Positions 1 to 8,072 of a stretch of DNA of 60,069 nucleotides are shown in pieces. Made by a program: the position numbers and the translations under genes. The stretch's first letter is position 1. Each line of letters opens with the position of its first letter. This stretch comes from a virus (Duplodnaviria; Caudoviricetes): IMG/VR virus record IMGVR_UViG_3300047557_001236, positions 1 to 60,069 of that record. One strand, given 5' to 3'. The notes beneath the pieces were generated by a model. It searched no databases. It had not been told where the DNA came from and worked only from the letters and a program-made list of their open reading frames with translations.

Positions 1-40
1 ATTTAAGAAGAACCCTTGCAGAGTTAGAAAGAGCGGCTAA

Positions 41-1879
41 GTGAACACGCTTACCATCGACTTCGAAACCTATTACGCTACGGACTTCTCGTTGACTAAG
101 TTAACGACAGAGGAATACATCCGTGACGATCGGTTTGAAGTTGTCGGAGTTGCGATCAAAGAAAACGACTCACCCACCAAGTGGTTTAGTGGAACGCACA
201 AAGAAATACAGCATTGGCTAACACAGTTTGACTGGGACAACAGTTTTGCATTAGCCCACAATGCTATGTTTGATGCCGCCATTTTGAATTGGATATTTGG
301 GATAAAACCAAAAGCTTGGTTCGATACTTTATCTATGGCTCGTGCAACAGATGGTTTAGAAGCGGGTAATAGTCTTGCAAAACTTGCCGTGAGATACGGA
401 CTAGGGGTTAAAGGCACAGAAGTTGTTGATGCCAAGGGTAAACGACGGGTGGACTTTAATCCGATTGGATTACTCAAGTATGGCGAATACTGCAAAAATG
501 ATGTCAATATTACTTATGACCTCTTTAACCTACTACTGCCACGGTTTAGCCTTCACGAATTAAAGTTAATTGATTTGACGCTACGGATGTTTTATGACCC
601 GTTGCTGTTTCTAAATACTCCCCTTCTTGAGCAACATTTGATGCAAGTTAAAGCTCGTAAAGATAAATTACTTGCTGCTTGCGTAGCAAATAAAGACACT
701 CTTATGTCTAATATAAAACTAGGGGAACTACTAATATCTATGGGGGTTGAGCCACCCATGAAAATATCCCCTGCTACGGGAAAGGAAACGTATGCCTTTG
801 CCAAAAATGATGAAGGATTTAAAGCACTCGCTGAACACCCTGATGAACGAGTTCAGGCTATCGTTGCCGCTAGACTGGGTACTAAATCCACCCTTGAAGA
901 AACAAGAACGGATCGTTTTATATCTATTTCTAAGCGGGGGCGCATGCCTGTACCTCTTAGGTATTATGCTGCTCATACTGGTCGTTGGGGTGGTGATGAC
1001 AAACTAAACCTTCAAAACCTTCCAAGAAAATCATTACTCAAAGAAGCAATTGTTGCGCCGCAAGGACATGTGTTGATTGATGCCGACTCTAGCCAAATTG
1101 AAGCTAGAATCGTAGCATGGTTATCAGGTCAGAACGACCTAGTCAAAGCCTTTGAGGAAAAAGAAGATGTATACAAAATTATGGCGTCCTCCATATATAA
1201 CAAGACGCAAAAAGAAATCACGCCTGAAGAGCGGTTCGTGGGTAAGACAACAATCCTCGGTGCGGGTTATGGCATGGGCTCTACCAAGTTTGCATTACAA
1301 CTCAAAACTTTTGGGGTGGAAATCGACGATGCGGAGGCGGCTCGGATTATACAAGTCTACCGAGACACATACCCTCGGATCCCTAAACTTTGGAAAGAAG
1401 CTAATAGTGCCCTTAACGCCCTTATTGAAAAAAAGGCTGCGCCTGTTGGGTGTCAAACCCAAGCACTATGCCTTACGGAATCAGGTTTTTTATTGCCAAG
1501 TGGGCTCTACTTAAATTACAGAGACTTACAGCCTGCAGAGGATGGGTTTACTTATTATTCAAGAAATGGTCGCATAAAAATTTATGGTGGTAAAGTCGTT
1601 GAAAACTTGTGTCAAGCACTAGCCCGTTGTATTATTGGTGAACAAATGCTACGCATTTCAAAGCGGTATCGTGTAGCATTAACGGTGCATGATGCCGTAA
1701 TGGCAGTAGTGCCTAAAGAACAAGTAAAAGACGGTTTGTTGTATATCAATGAGTGTATGCGTTGGCGACCCTCCTGGGCTACCACTTTACCTCTTGCTTG
1801 TGAATTAGGTATCGGCAGAAGTTATGGCGATTGCAGTAACAAGCAAAGTATTGAAGAGTGGAATGTTAATGGAGAATGA
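41..1879 (+). CDS. polA: Family A DNA polymerase with 3'-5' exonuclease domain
   Basis: Exo I TIDFET, Exo II AHNAMFD; HTGRW..NLQNLP; motif A DSSQIEAR; motif B RFVGKTTILGAGYG; motif C VHDA. Confidence 0.95.
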   Translation: MNTLTIDFETYYATDFSLTKLTTEEYIRDDRFEVVGVAIKENDSPTKWFSGTHKEIQHWLTQFDWDNSFALAHNAMFDAAILNWIFGIKPKAWFDTLSMARATDGLEAGNSLAKLAVRYGLGVKGTEVVDAKGKRRVDFNPIGLLKYGEYCKNDVNITYDLFNLLLPRFSLHELKLIDLTLRMFYDPLLFLNTPLLEQHLMQVKARKDKLLAACVANKDTLMSNIKLGELLISMGVEPPMKISPATGKETYAFAKNDEGFKALAEHPDERVQAIVAARLGTKSTLEETRTDRFISISKRGRMPVPLRYYAAHTGRWGGDDKLNLQNLPRKSLLKEAIVAPQGHVLIDADSSQIEARIVAWLSGQNDLVKAFEEKEDVYKIMASSIYNKTQKEITPEERFVGKTTILGAGYGMGSTKFALQLKTFGVEIDDAEAARIIQVYRDTYPRIPKLWKEANSALNALIEKKAAPVGCQTQALCLTESGFLLPSGLYLNYRDLQPAEDGFTYYSRNGRIKIYGGKVVENLCQALARCIIGEQMLRISKRYRVALTVHDAVMAVVPKEQVKDGLLYINECMRWRPSWATTLPLACELGIGRSYGDCSNKQSIEEWNVNGE

Positions 1880-2063
1880 CAAAGTGGAATACTCAACTTT
1901 TTACCTACACGCAGTAAAAGAAATTAAATCAGCACATGATGCGTTGGTGGCTAATGATTATCAAAAAGCGTATGACCACTGCTTGAATGCTCAAGTAGAA
2001 ATTAAATTAATGGGTGGCGCAATCCGCACATGGATACCAGTAAATGATACGGAAACCGTTTGA
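1869..2063 (+). CDS. Hypothetical protein
   Basis: ORF tiles between polA and the next gene; ATG 1869 overlapping the polA end is the likely start. Confidence 0.6.
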   Translation: MENDKVEYSTFYLHAVKEIKSAHDALVANDYQKAYDHCLNAQVEIKLMGGAIRTWIPVNDTETV

Positions 2064-2466
2064 ACAAGACTTATTTGATGCGTATGATGAGCCTGCAAAA
2101 AAGGCAATCGCTACATATATTGAAAGCGTATCTGACGTGCTAGTTTATGCCAATCCCGATCAGTATGGAGTTGACTTGTTATTAGTCAAAGACGATGAAG
2201 TATTGGGTGCGGCAGAAGTAGAAGTAAGGCAGTGGTTTGAATGTGGATTTAGCACTATTCATGTATTACAGAGAAAGCAAAAGTATTTTAATAACCGGAC
2301 ATTGTTTTTTGCTTTATCAAAAGACTTGAAGAATGCTCATTGGATTGAAACTCACAAAATTGATAAGTTTCCTTTGGTTGAAGTTAGTAATTACAAAGTT
2401 GCAAACGGAGAAATGTTTTTTGATGTGCCCATTGGGGAATTTACACGGATTGAACTAAATGCCTAA
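2044..2466 (+). CDS. Hypothetical protein, possible PD-(D/E)XK-fold nuclease
   Basis: PDQYGVDLL...AEVEVR resembles a D...ExK-type catalytic arrangement; overlaps both neighbours. Confidence 0.5.
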   Translation: MIRKPFEQDLFDAYDEPAKKAIATYIESVSDVLVYANPDQYGVDLLLVKDDEVLGAAEVEVRQWFECGFSTIHVLQRKQKYFNNRTLFFALSKDLKNAHWIETHKIDKFPLVEVSNYKVANGEMFFDVPIGEFTRIELNA

Positions 2467-3133
2467 CTTTACTTGGTCGTACTCATCGCTCAGTATGTTT
2501 CAGCAATGCCCCAAAAAGTATTATCACTTACGGGTTGCAAAAGACATAGTTGAGCCTGAGAGCGAGCACTTGACATACGGCAAAATGGTTCATGAAGCAG
2601 CCGAAAAACATATCAAAGATGGGGAACCAATACCAGAAAAGTTCTCATTCCTTACACCAGTATTGGATATTCTTAAAGCTATCCCGGGTCAGAAACATTG
2701 TGAATACAAAATGGGTTTGACCGAGCAGTTGGAGCCATGTGGCTTCTTTGATAAAAATGTGTGGTTCAGAGGCGTAGCCGACCTGATTATTATTAACGAT
2801 AACTTAGCTCACATCGTCGACTACAAGACTGGCAAAAGTAGTGAGTATGCCGACACTAAACAGCTTGAACTTATGGCGCTGTGCGTATTCAAGCACTTCC
2901 CCATAGTTGAGCGAGTCAAGGCGGGCTTAGCGTTTGTGGTTTGCGAAGACTTTGTTAAATCAAACTATGACAAATACAGTGCGCCTGAGAAGTGGCTTGT
3001 TTGGATTCAAGAAATAGATCGGTTAGCTGCGGCACATGATAGCGGTGTATGGAACGCTAAACCAAACTTCACATGTCGCAAGCACTGTCCAGTAAAAGAA
3101 TGTGAGCATAACGGCAAGGGAAATTACAAATGA
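2459..3133 (+). CDS. Cas4/RecB-like PD-(D/E)XK exonuclease
   Basis: SYSSL..F.QCP, G..VH, RGVADL...IVDYKTG, QL; C-terminal CxxxCPxxxC completes a 4-Cys (Fe-S type) staple. Confidence 0.85.
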   Translation: MPNFTWSYSSLSMFQQCPKKYYHLRVAKDIVEPESEHLTYGKMVHEAAEKHIKDGEPIPEKFSFLTPVLDILKAIPGQKHCEYKMGLTEQLEPCGFFDKNVWFRGVADLIIINDNLAHIVDYKTGKSSEYADTKQLELMALCVFKHFPIVERVKAGLAFVVCEDFVKSNYDKYSAPEKWLVWIQEIDRLAAAHDSGVWNAKPNFTCRKHCPVKECEHNGKGNYK

Positions 3134-3318
3134 ATGAAGAAGATTTACGAGATTGTTTTGCGATGTTTGCGTTGTGTGGGATTTTATCTTGCGATTATTC
3201 AGTTGATGAAGACCCCGCAGTTTTGGCATACAAATATGCAGATGAGATGTTAAAAGCCCGTAGTAAAAGAGAACCCGAAATTGGGATTGTTGCAGTTAAA
3301 TCAAGGAGAAGAAAATGA
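3130..3318 (+). CDS. Hypothetical protein
   Basis: ATGA-coupled to neighbours; LRDCFAM...AY..AD.ML..R pattern seen in small phage proteins. Confidence 0.7.
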   Translation: MNEEDLRDCFAMFALCGILSCDYSVDEDPAVLAYKYADEMLKARSKREPEIGIVAVKSRRRK

Positions 3319-3446
3319 AAAAAGTGCTATTTGTTGCAGCAGTTTTATTTGCAGTAAATGCGTATGCATGTCAAATTGTCACCATCATTCAAGACGGCAG
3401 AATTGTCAACTGTACGATATGCGGAAACGTCATAAATTGCAATTGA
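3315..3446 (+). CDS. Small secreted 4-Cys peptide, 43 aa (not in ORF track)
   Basis: SD AAGGAG; ATGA overlap; MKKVLFVAAVLFAVNAYA-CQIVTIIQDGRIVNCTICGNVINCN with Sec-type signal and AxA site. Confidence 0.7.
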   Translation: MKKVLFVAAVLFAVNAYACQIVTIIQDGRIVNCTICGNVINCN

Positions 3447-3689
3447 TTGAGGTACTTGACGAAGCCTTGCAACTATTACCAAAACCCAAATATTACATAC
3501 CTAAATTTGAGGATCATTACTTTGAATTTGTACCTAATTTACGACGAAAACAAAGAACTTATGCGCAAGGTTTCAAGACGAGAAGAAGCCGACCAAATCG
3601 TAAGTATGAGAACTGGGTGGACGTACAAACTATTACGTTGCAAGAAGAAACCGATTGATTTATCACAACTAGGAGAAGCATTAATATGA
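3447..3689 (+). CDS. Hypothetical protein (true start may be a TTG near 3522)
   Basis: Fills the gap and ATGA-overlaps the next gene. Confidence 0.5.
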   Translation: MRYLTKPCNYYQNPNITYLNLRIITLNLYLIYDENKELMRKVSRREEADQIVSMRTGWTYKLLRCKKKPIDLSQLGEALI

Positions 3690-3883
3690 AAATTAAGACC
3701 AAATTAGTAAAAGAACTACCCGATGGTTCAGCAATCATCATGGTCGATGCCGACACAGAAGCAAGAGAAATGCTTATTGCTCATGGCTTCGTTGATCTTG
3801 TCAAAAAAGTTGTCAAAGAATCCAAAACATATATCAACAAAAAAGAAGTAGCCAAACTAACTGCAAAGAAAACTAAAAAATGA
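3686..3883 (+). CDS. Hypothetical protein
   Basis: SD AGGAG; ATGA coupling at both ends. Confidence 0.65.
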   Translation: MKIKTKLVKELPDGSAIIMVDADTEAREMLIAHGFVDLVKKVVKESKTYINKKEVAKLTAKKTKK

Positions 3884-4425
3884 ACTTCACGTCTGATTGG
3901 GTTACGCCCAATATACCTAACTTAAAAAAGTGTATGGATGTACTAGGTGACGAGCGTCATAAGTTTTTAGAAATAGGCTGTTTTGAAGGTCGGGCTACAT
4001 GTTGGTTCTTGCAAAATGGTTTAACTGACAACGGTTTTATGGTTTGTATTGATACGTTTAAGCCATATTGGTATGAGGGCAGTGATTTGTTAGAAGTTTT
4101 TAATACCAATATACGAGAAGTTAAAAAGAAAAACCAAGTAATTTCAACATTTGCTATGGATTCTAAAAAAGCACTGGCACAGCTAATTCAACAAAAACAA
4201 AATTATGACTTTATTTATATTGATGGCGACCACTCTGCCGAAGGTGTAATGACGGACGCAACCATGGCTTGGCAACTATTACGTAGCGGTGGCGTTATGT
4301 TGTTTGACGATTACGAGTACGAGGCCGAGCCTACTAAATGCGGGATTGACGGATTTTTGATGGGGTTTGTGGGCAAGTACGATCTGTTATTGAAGAACTA
4401 TCAATTGGCGGTAGTAAAAAAATGA
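3880..4425 (+). CDS. Class I SAM-dependent methyltransferase (Methyltransf_24-like)
   Basis: FLEIGCFEG motif I; YDFIYIDGDH; LLRSGGVMLFDDY. Confidence 0.85.
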   Translation: MNFTSDWVTPNIPNLKKCMDVLGDERHKFLEIGCFEGRATCWFLQNGLTDNGFMVCIDTFKPYWYEGSDLLEVFNTNIREVKKKNQVISTFAMDSKKALAQLIQQKQNYDFIYIDGDHSAEGVMTDATMAWQLLRSGGVMLFDDYEYEAEPTKCGIDGFLMGFVGKYDLLLKNYQLAVVKK

Positions 4426-4832
4426 AGTTTGACCCCAAAAAAGAACCAATGTGGTTAAGTGACGAGATTGGTATCCGATTGTTTAACTGGTGCTTGTGTA
4501 TTGATGAGAAAGCCTATGTCAAAGCCTTATCCCAGTTAGCTAAAGAGGGTAAACATTTGACCCCTAATTGGCCTGACGATGGTGCGAGGTGCCAATTTGT
4601 AATGTGTAATGGAGAGGCAACCGATTGCGTTGTAATGCTTGTTGAAAAGGAAGACCCGATTGAAAACGCAGTTTTGTTGGTGCATGAAGCTGTGCATATT
4701 TGGCAGATGTTTTGTCAAAGCATAGGGGAAAGAAGCCCAAGCGATGAGTTCATGGCATACACCATACAGAACATTACCCATCGGCTATACCACGCTTATC
4801 AGATGGCGCTAGAACACAGGGAGAAGAAATGA
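4422..4832 (+). CDS. Hypothetical protein with zincin HExxH motif
   Basis: LLVHEAVHIWQ followed by DEFMAY. Confidence 0.6.
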   Translation: MKFDPKKEPMWLSDEIGIRLFNWCLCIDEKAYVKALSQLAKEGKHLTPNWPDDGARCQFVMCNGEATDCVVMLVEKEDPIENAVLLVHEAVHIWQMFCQSIGERSPSDEFMAYTIQNITHRLYHAYQMALEHREKK

Positions 4833-5002
4833 ACGCATACGAATTAGCAGATTATTTAGAAAAAGATTTTCAAATTCAAGAAGCAGTAATTGATATGTTA
4901 TGCCAACAAGCAGACCTTATAAAACAAGCGTCTCAATTTATTCAAGAACAAGGATTGGAAAGACAATGGATTATTTGGTCACAGAAAGCAAGTGAGAAAT
5001 GA
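4829..5002 (+). CDS. Hypothetical protein, 57 aa (not in ORF track)
   Basis: MNAYELADYL...QKASEK; ATGA overlaps at both ends. Confidence 0.65.
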   Translation: MNAYELADYLEKDFQIQEAVIDMLCQQADLIKQASQFIQEQGLERQWIIWSQKASEK

Positions 5003-5136
5003 AAAAAGCAATTAGCTTATTGTTGGCAATTACATTACCCATTTGGGTGCTGCCAGTCTTTATCGTTGGCGTAATAAGTGTTGGGATTTATGAAGCATAT
5101 CTAAAAATCGACAACTTTTTGTGGGGCAAGAAATGA
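4999..5136 (+). CDS. Small membrane protein, 45 aa (not in ORF track)
   Basis: MKKAISLLLAITLPIWVLPVFIVGVISVGIY...; ATGA overlaps at both ends. Confidence 0.6.
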   Translation: MKKAISLLLAITLPIWVLPVFIVGVISVGIYEAYLKIDNFLWGKK

Positions 5137-5360
5137 ACAATGAACCAGTAGCATGGATGCACAAAGAAAGTGGACAAGTATTTGCTGGCTTGGGTAGTCC
5201 AATGAAGCCAAATGACTTTATTCCACTCTACACCACACCACAAATAAAAGAGTTAAGTGATGAGGAAATACAAAATATTTGGTATGAACATGAAAAATGG
5301 CTGGCTACTGTGCCATTGTCTTTTGCTAGAGCAATACTAAAAAAAGCGAGTGAGAAATGA
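5133..5360 (+). CDS. Hypothetical protein
   Basis: MNNEPVAW...PLYT.P..KELSDEEI...FARAILKKASEK; ATGA-coupled start at 5133. Confidence 0.7.
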   Translation: MNNEPVAWMHKESGQVFAGLGSPMKPNDFIPLYTTPQIKELSDEEIQNIWYEHEKWLATVPLSFARAILKKASEK

Positions 5361-6103
5361 CTGCACCCGCCGTAGTTATAACACCCACAACAGGTCTGCC
5401 ATTCTTGGCGGATGCTATGCGGTCTACTAACAACCAGCCATGCGAGCACTGGATCGTGATTGATGGCGAGGAGCATGCCCAGAAGGTGGCGGACATTCTA
5501 ACCGCTGGAGATTACGTCAATAAGAAGATTATCTTGTTGCCTGAAAATACGGGAAAACCACACGAACACTGGAGCAAAAAAGAGGGAGTTAAGTTCTTTG
5601 GCAACCGAGTGTATGCTGGTATATCCAATCTAGTCAATGCAGAGCATGTATTGTTCTTAGATGAAGATAATTGGTTTGAGCCTAACCATGTAGAAACGAT
5701 GCTACAAATGTTCAGGATGCCAAATCGAGAGCATGAGTGGTGCTATAGCCTACGCAAGTGCGTCAATCAGCAAGGCGAGTTTGTATGCAACGACGATTGC
5801 GATAGCCTCGGTATATTTGCTAGCTGGCGTAATATCAACCTAGTCGACATGAACTGCTATTGTTTTAAGACTGAGTTTTTAATGAAGATTAATAGCACAC
5901 TACAGACCGATTACTATTGGACTGACCGACTGCTTTCAAGGGTAGCGGTATCTACGGCAAAAGACTTTGATAGCTACGGATGCACAGGACTATATACGGT
6001 GAACTATCGAGTGCGCCCCGATGCAGAACATTTTTTTAAAGAAGGCAATGAGTTTATGAATAAGTTGTATAACGGCAATTTTCCATGGAGAGCTAAATGT
6101 TAG
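5357..6103 (+). CDS. GT-A fold glycosyltransferase (GT2-like)
   Basis: VVITPT, IVIDG, LFLDEDNW DxD motif. Confidence 0.8.
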   Translation: MTAPAVVITPTTGLPFLADAMRSTNNQPCEHWIVIDGEEHAQKVADILTAGDYVNKKIILLPENTGKPHEHWSKKEGVKFFGNRVYAGISNLVNAEHVLFLDEDNWFEPNHVETMLQMFRMPNREHEWCYSLRKCVNQQGEFVCNDDCDSLGIFASWRNINLVDMNCYCFKTEFLMKINSTLQTDYYWTDRLLSRVAVSTAKDFDSYGCTGLYTVNYRVRPDAEHFFKEGNEFMNKLYNGNFPWRAKC

Positions 6104-6873
6104 AGAACGTACCAGCAGTAGAGACAAAGAAACCAGCCATTTTATTTGTGGCAACGCCGATGTATGGCGGTCTATGTAACGGTGGATACACCATGGGAAT
6201 CCTTAATTGCACCCAAGTATTTATGCAACACGGTATCAAGATGTATTACTCGTACATGCAGAACGAGTCTTTAATTACCCGTGCTAGGAATGGATTGGCT
6301 TATGACTTTTTAAGTACGCCGGATGCAACACACCTAATGTTCATTGATGCAGACATTAGCTTCAAGCCAGAAGATATTGTTCGCATGATCCACGCAGACA
6401 AGGATATTATTTGTGGTTTATACCCCAAAAAAGAAATTAACTGGCAGTTAGTGGCAGAAGCCGTCAAAAAAGGTGTGGACTATAAAGATTTACCTAACTA
6501 CACAGGATCGTTCGTAGTGAATTTAGTGGGTGGTGCTACTGAAAGCACAGGGAATATCAACGAACCCATGGAGATTGATAACGGCGGTACAGGCTTTATG
6601 TTGATTAAACGAGAAGTATTTGAAGCCCTCAAGCCCAAAGTCCCAACCTACACCAACGACATGATCCTGATTATTGATAAAAACCCTGTAAAGAAGATCA
6701 TCCATGAGTTTTTTGCTACAAGTATCGACGAACAATCCAACCGTTTGCTTTCTGAGGATTATCACTTTTGCAAACTGGCTAGACAAAATGGCTTTAAAGT
6801 ATATGCGGCACCTTGGGCTACGTTAGTTCATAGCGGTACGTATAACTTTGCTGGTTCTTTACCGAGGGCATGA
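6097..6873 (+). CDS. GT-A fold glycosyltransferase-like protein
   Basis: VATPMYGG, SLITRARN, LMFIDADI DxD, GTGFMLIKREVF, SEDY.FC, H.G. Confidence 0.8.
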   Translation: MLENVPAVETKKPAILFVATPMYGGLCNGGYTMGILNCTQVFMQHGIKMYYSYMQNESLITRARNGLAYDFLSTPDATHLMFIDADISFKPEDIVRMIHADKDIICGLYPKKEINWQLVAEAVKKGVDYKDLPNYTGSFVVNLVGGATESTGNINEPMEIDNGGTGFMLIKREVFEALKPKVPTYTNDMILIIDKNPVKKIIHEFFATSIDEQSNRLLSEDYHFCKLARQNGFKVYAAPWATLVHSGTYNFAGSLPRA

Positions 6874-7607
6874 TGCTACCTAACTGCGAACTTATAAACT
6901 GCTTTGGTACGCAATACTTGGTATTTAAAGGTAATGACTTAATCTCTAACGCAGTAAGGCAAAAAGGATACGAGATTGAAGTCTATGCTATATCTCATAA
7001 ACTTTTGGAGAAACACCAAGATGGGGTAATTCTAGATATTGGAGCAAATCTTGGTACATTTTCAGTTCCTTTAGCCAAAAACAACCCTCGCTTTACATTT
7101 CATGCCTTTGAACCCCAGAGGATTGTCTATTACCAGCTCTGTGCCAATACTTTTATAAACGGGCTGGATAACCTTCACTGCCATAATTTTGGGCTTTCTG
7201 ATAAGCGAGATCGGTTTGAAGTAGTAGTACCCGACTATGCAACGGAGACCAATATCGGTGCGTTTAGTATTGATGATGAAACCCGTAAAAACGATTATGA
7301 GTGCAAGACCGAGGGCATGAAAGAAACCACAGTGATATTTCCGTTAGATGATGGGCAACATGCAAATGTGCGTCTTATTAAAGTCGACGTTGAAGGACAC
7401 GAACTTGAGGTGCTAAAGGGCGCCAAAAATACAATCAAGCACAACAACTATCCGCCTATTATTTTTGAAGCCTGGAACTGGAAGCCGTGGTTTGAGCCAA
7501 AACGTAAAGATTTGTTTCAGTTTTTGCAAGACATGGGATACCAGATTACCGAAGGGGGTAATAACAACCTTGCGCAACATCCTAAATTTGGGGAGATGCT
7601 TAAATGA
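6870..7607 (+). CDS. FkbM-family methyltransferase
   Basis: LDIGANLG, AFEP, IKVDVEGHELEVLKGA. Confidence 0.9.
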   Translation: MMLPNCELINCFGTQYLVFKGNDLISNAVRQKGYEIEVYAISHKLLEKHQDGVILDIGANLGTFSVPLAKNNPRFTFHAFEPQRIVYYQLCANTFINGLDNLHCHNFGLSDKRDRFEVVVPDYATETNIGAFSIDDETRKNDYECKTEGMKETTVIFPLDDGQHANVRLIKVDVEGHELEVLKGAKNTIKHNNYPPIIFEAWNWKPWFEPKRKDLFQFLQDMGYQITEGGNNNLAQHPKFGEMLK

Positions 7608-7822
7608 TGGAGCCGATTCCGTTTGGTGGTTGGATTGATGTAGATTCACAGACTAAAAGCAAAGAGCAAGTCGAAAAGATACTTAAAGATATGCTTGGTA
7701 ATGACCCACAAAGCGACATAAAATACGTCATATTAGCTGATGGGTCAGTTTATTTTTTTCGTAAAGAAGGAGATCGTTATGCCATATGTGAACAAACCCC
7801 GCCCTTACAAGAAGGAATATGA
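7604..7822 (+). CDS. Hypothetical protein
   Basis: ATGA-coupled ORF. Confidence 0.55.
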   Translation: MMEPIPFGGWIDVDSQTKSKEQVEKILKDMLGNDPQSDIKYVILADGSVYFFRKEGDRYAICEQTPPLQEGI

Positions 7823-8072
7823 ACAATATGATGGTACGCCGGCGGTCAAAAAGAAACGTGCACAACGTAACAAAGCTCGTAGGATTATGGAGAAAGCTGG
7901 GCTTGTCCACAAAGGCGATGGTAAAGACGTTGACCACAAAACCCCGTTATCAAAAGGGGGAGCAACTACAAGATCTAATCTTAAAGTTAAATCAGCCAGC
8001 GATAATCGGTCGTTTAGCCGAAACTCAGATCACACAGTAAAAAAGAATAAACCCAAAAATGGAAATAATTGA
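7779..8072 (+). CDS. HNH endonuclease-like protein
   Basis: DVDHKTPLSKGG...SNL......N; SD AAGGAG before ATG 7779. Confidence 0.75.
   Translation: MPYVNKPRPYKKEYEQYDGTPAVKKKRAQRNKARRIMEKAGLVHKGDGKDVDHKTPLSKGGATTRSNLKVKSASDNRSFSRNSDHTVKKNKPKNGNN

Noticed and set aside
1-44. 3' end of an upstream gene (…LRRTLAELERAAK-stop overlapping the polA GTG)
   Set aside because: Too short to assign a product.
2459-3133. Cas4-like nuclease as sign of a CRISPR system
   Set aside because: No other cas genes or repeat-spacer array; solo Cas4-like nucleases are routine in phage replication modules.
3281-3658. 125-aa ORF in the track
   Set aside because: TTG start inside the previous gene; 3315..3446 and 3447..3689 tile better with SD and ATGA coupling.
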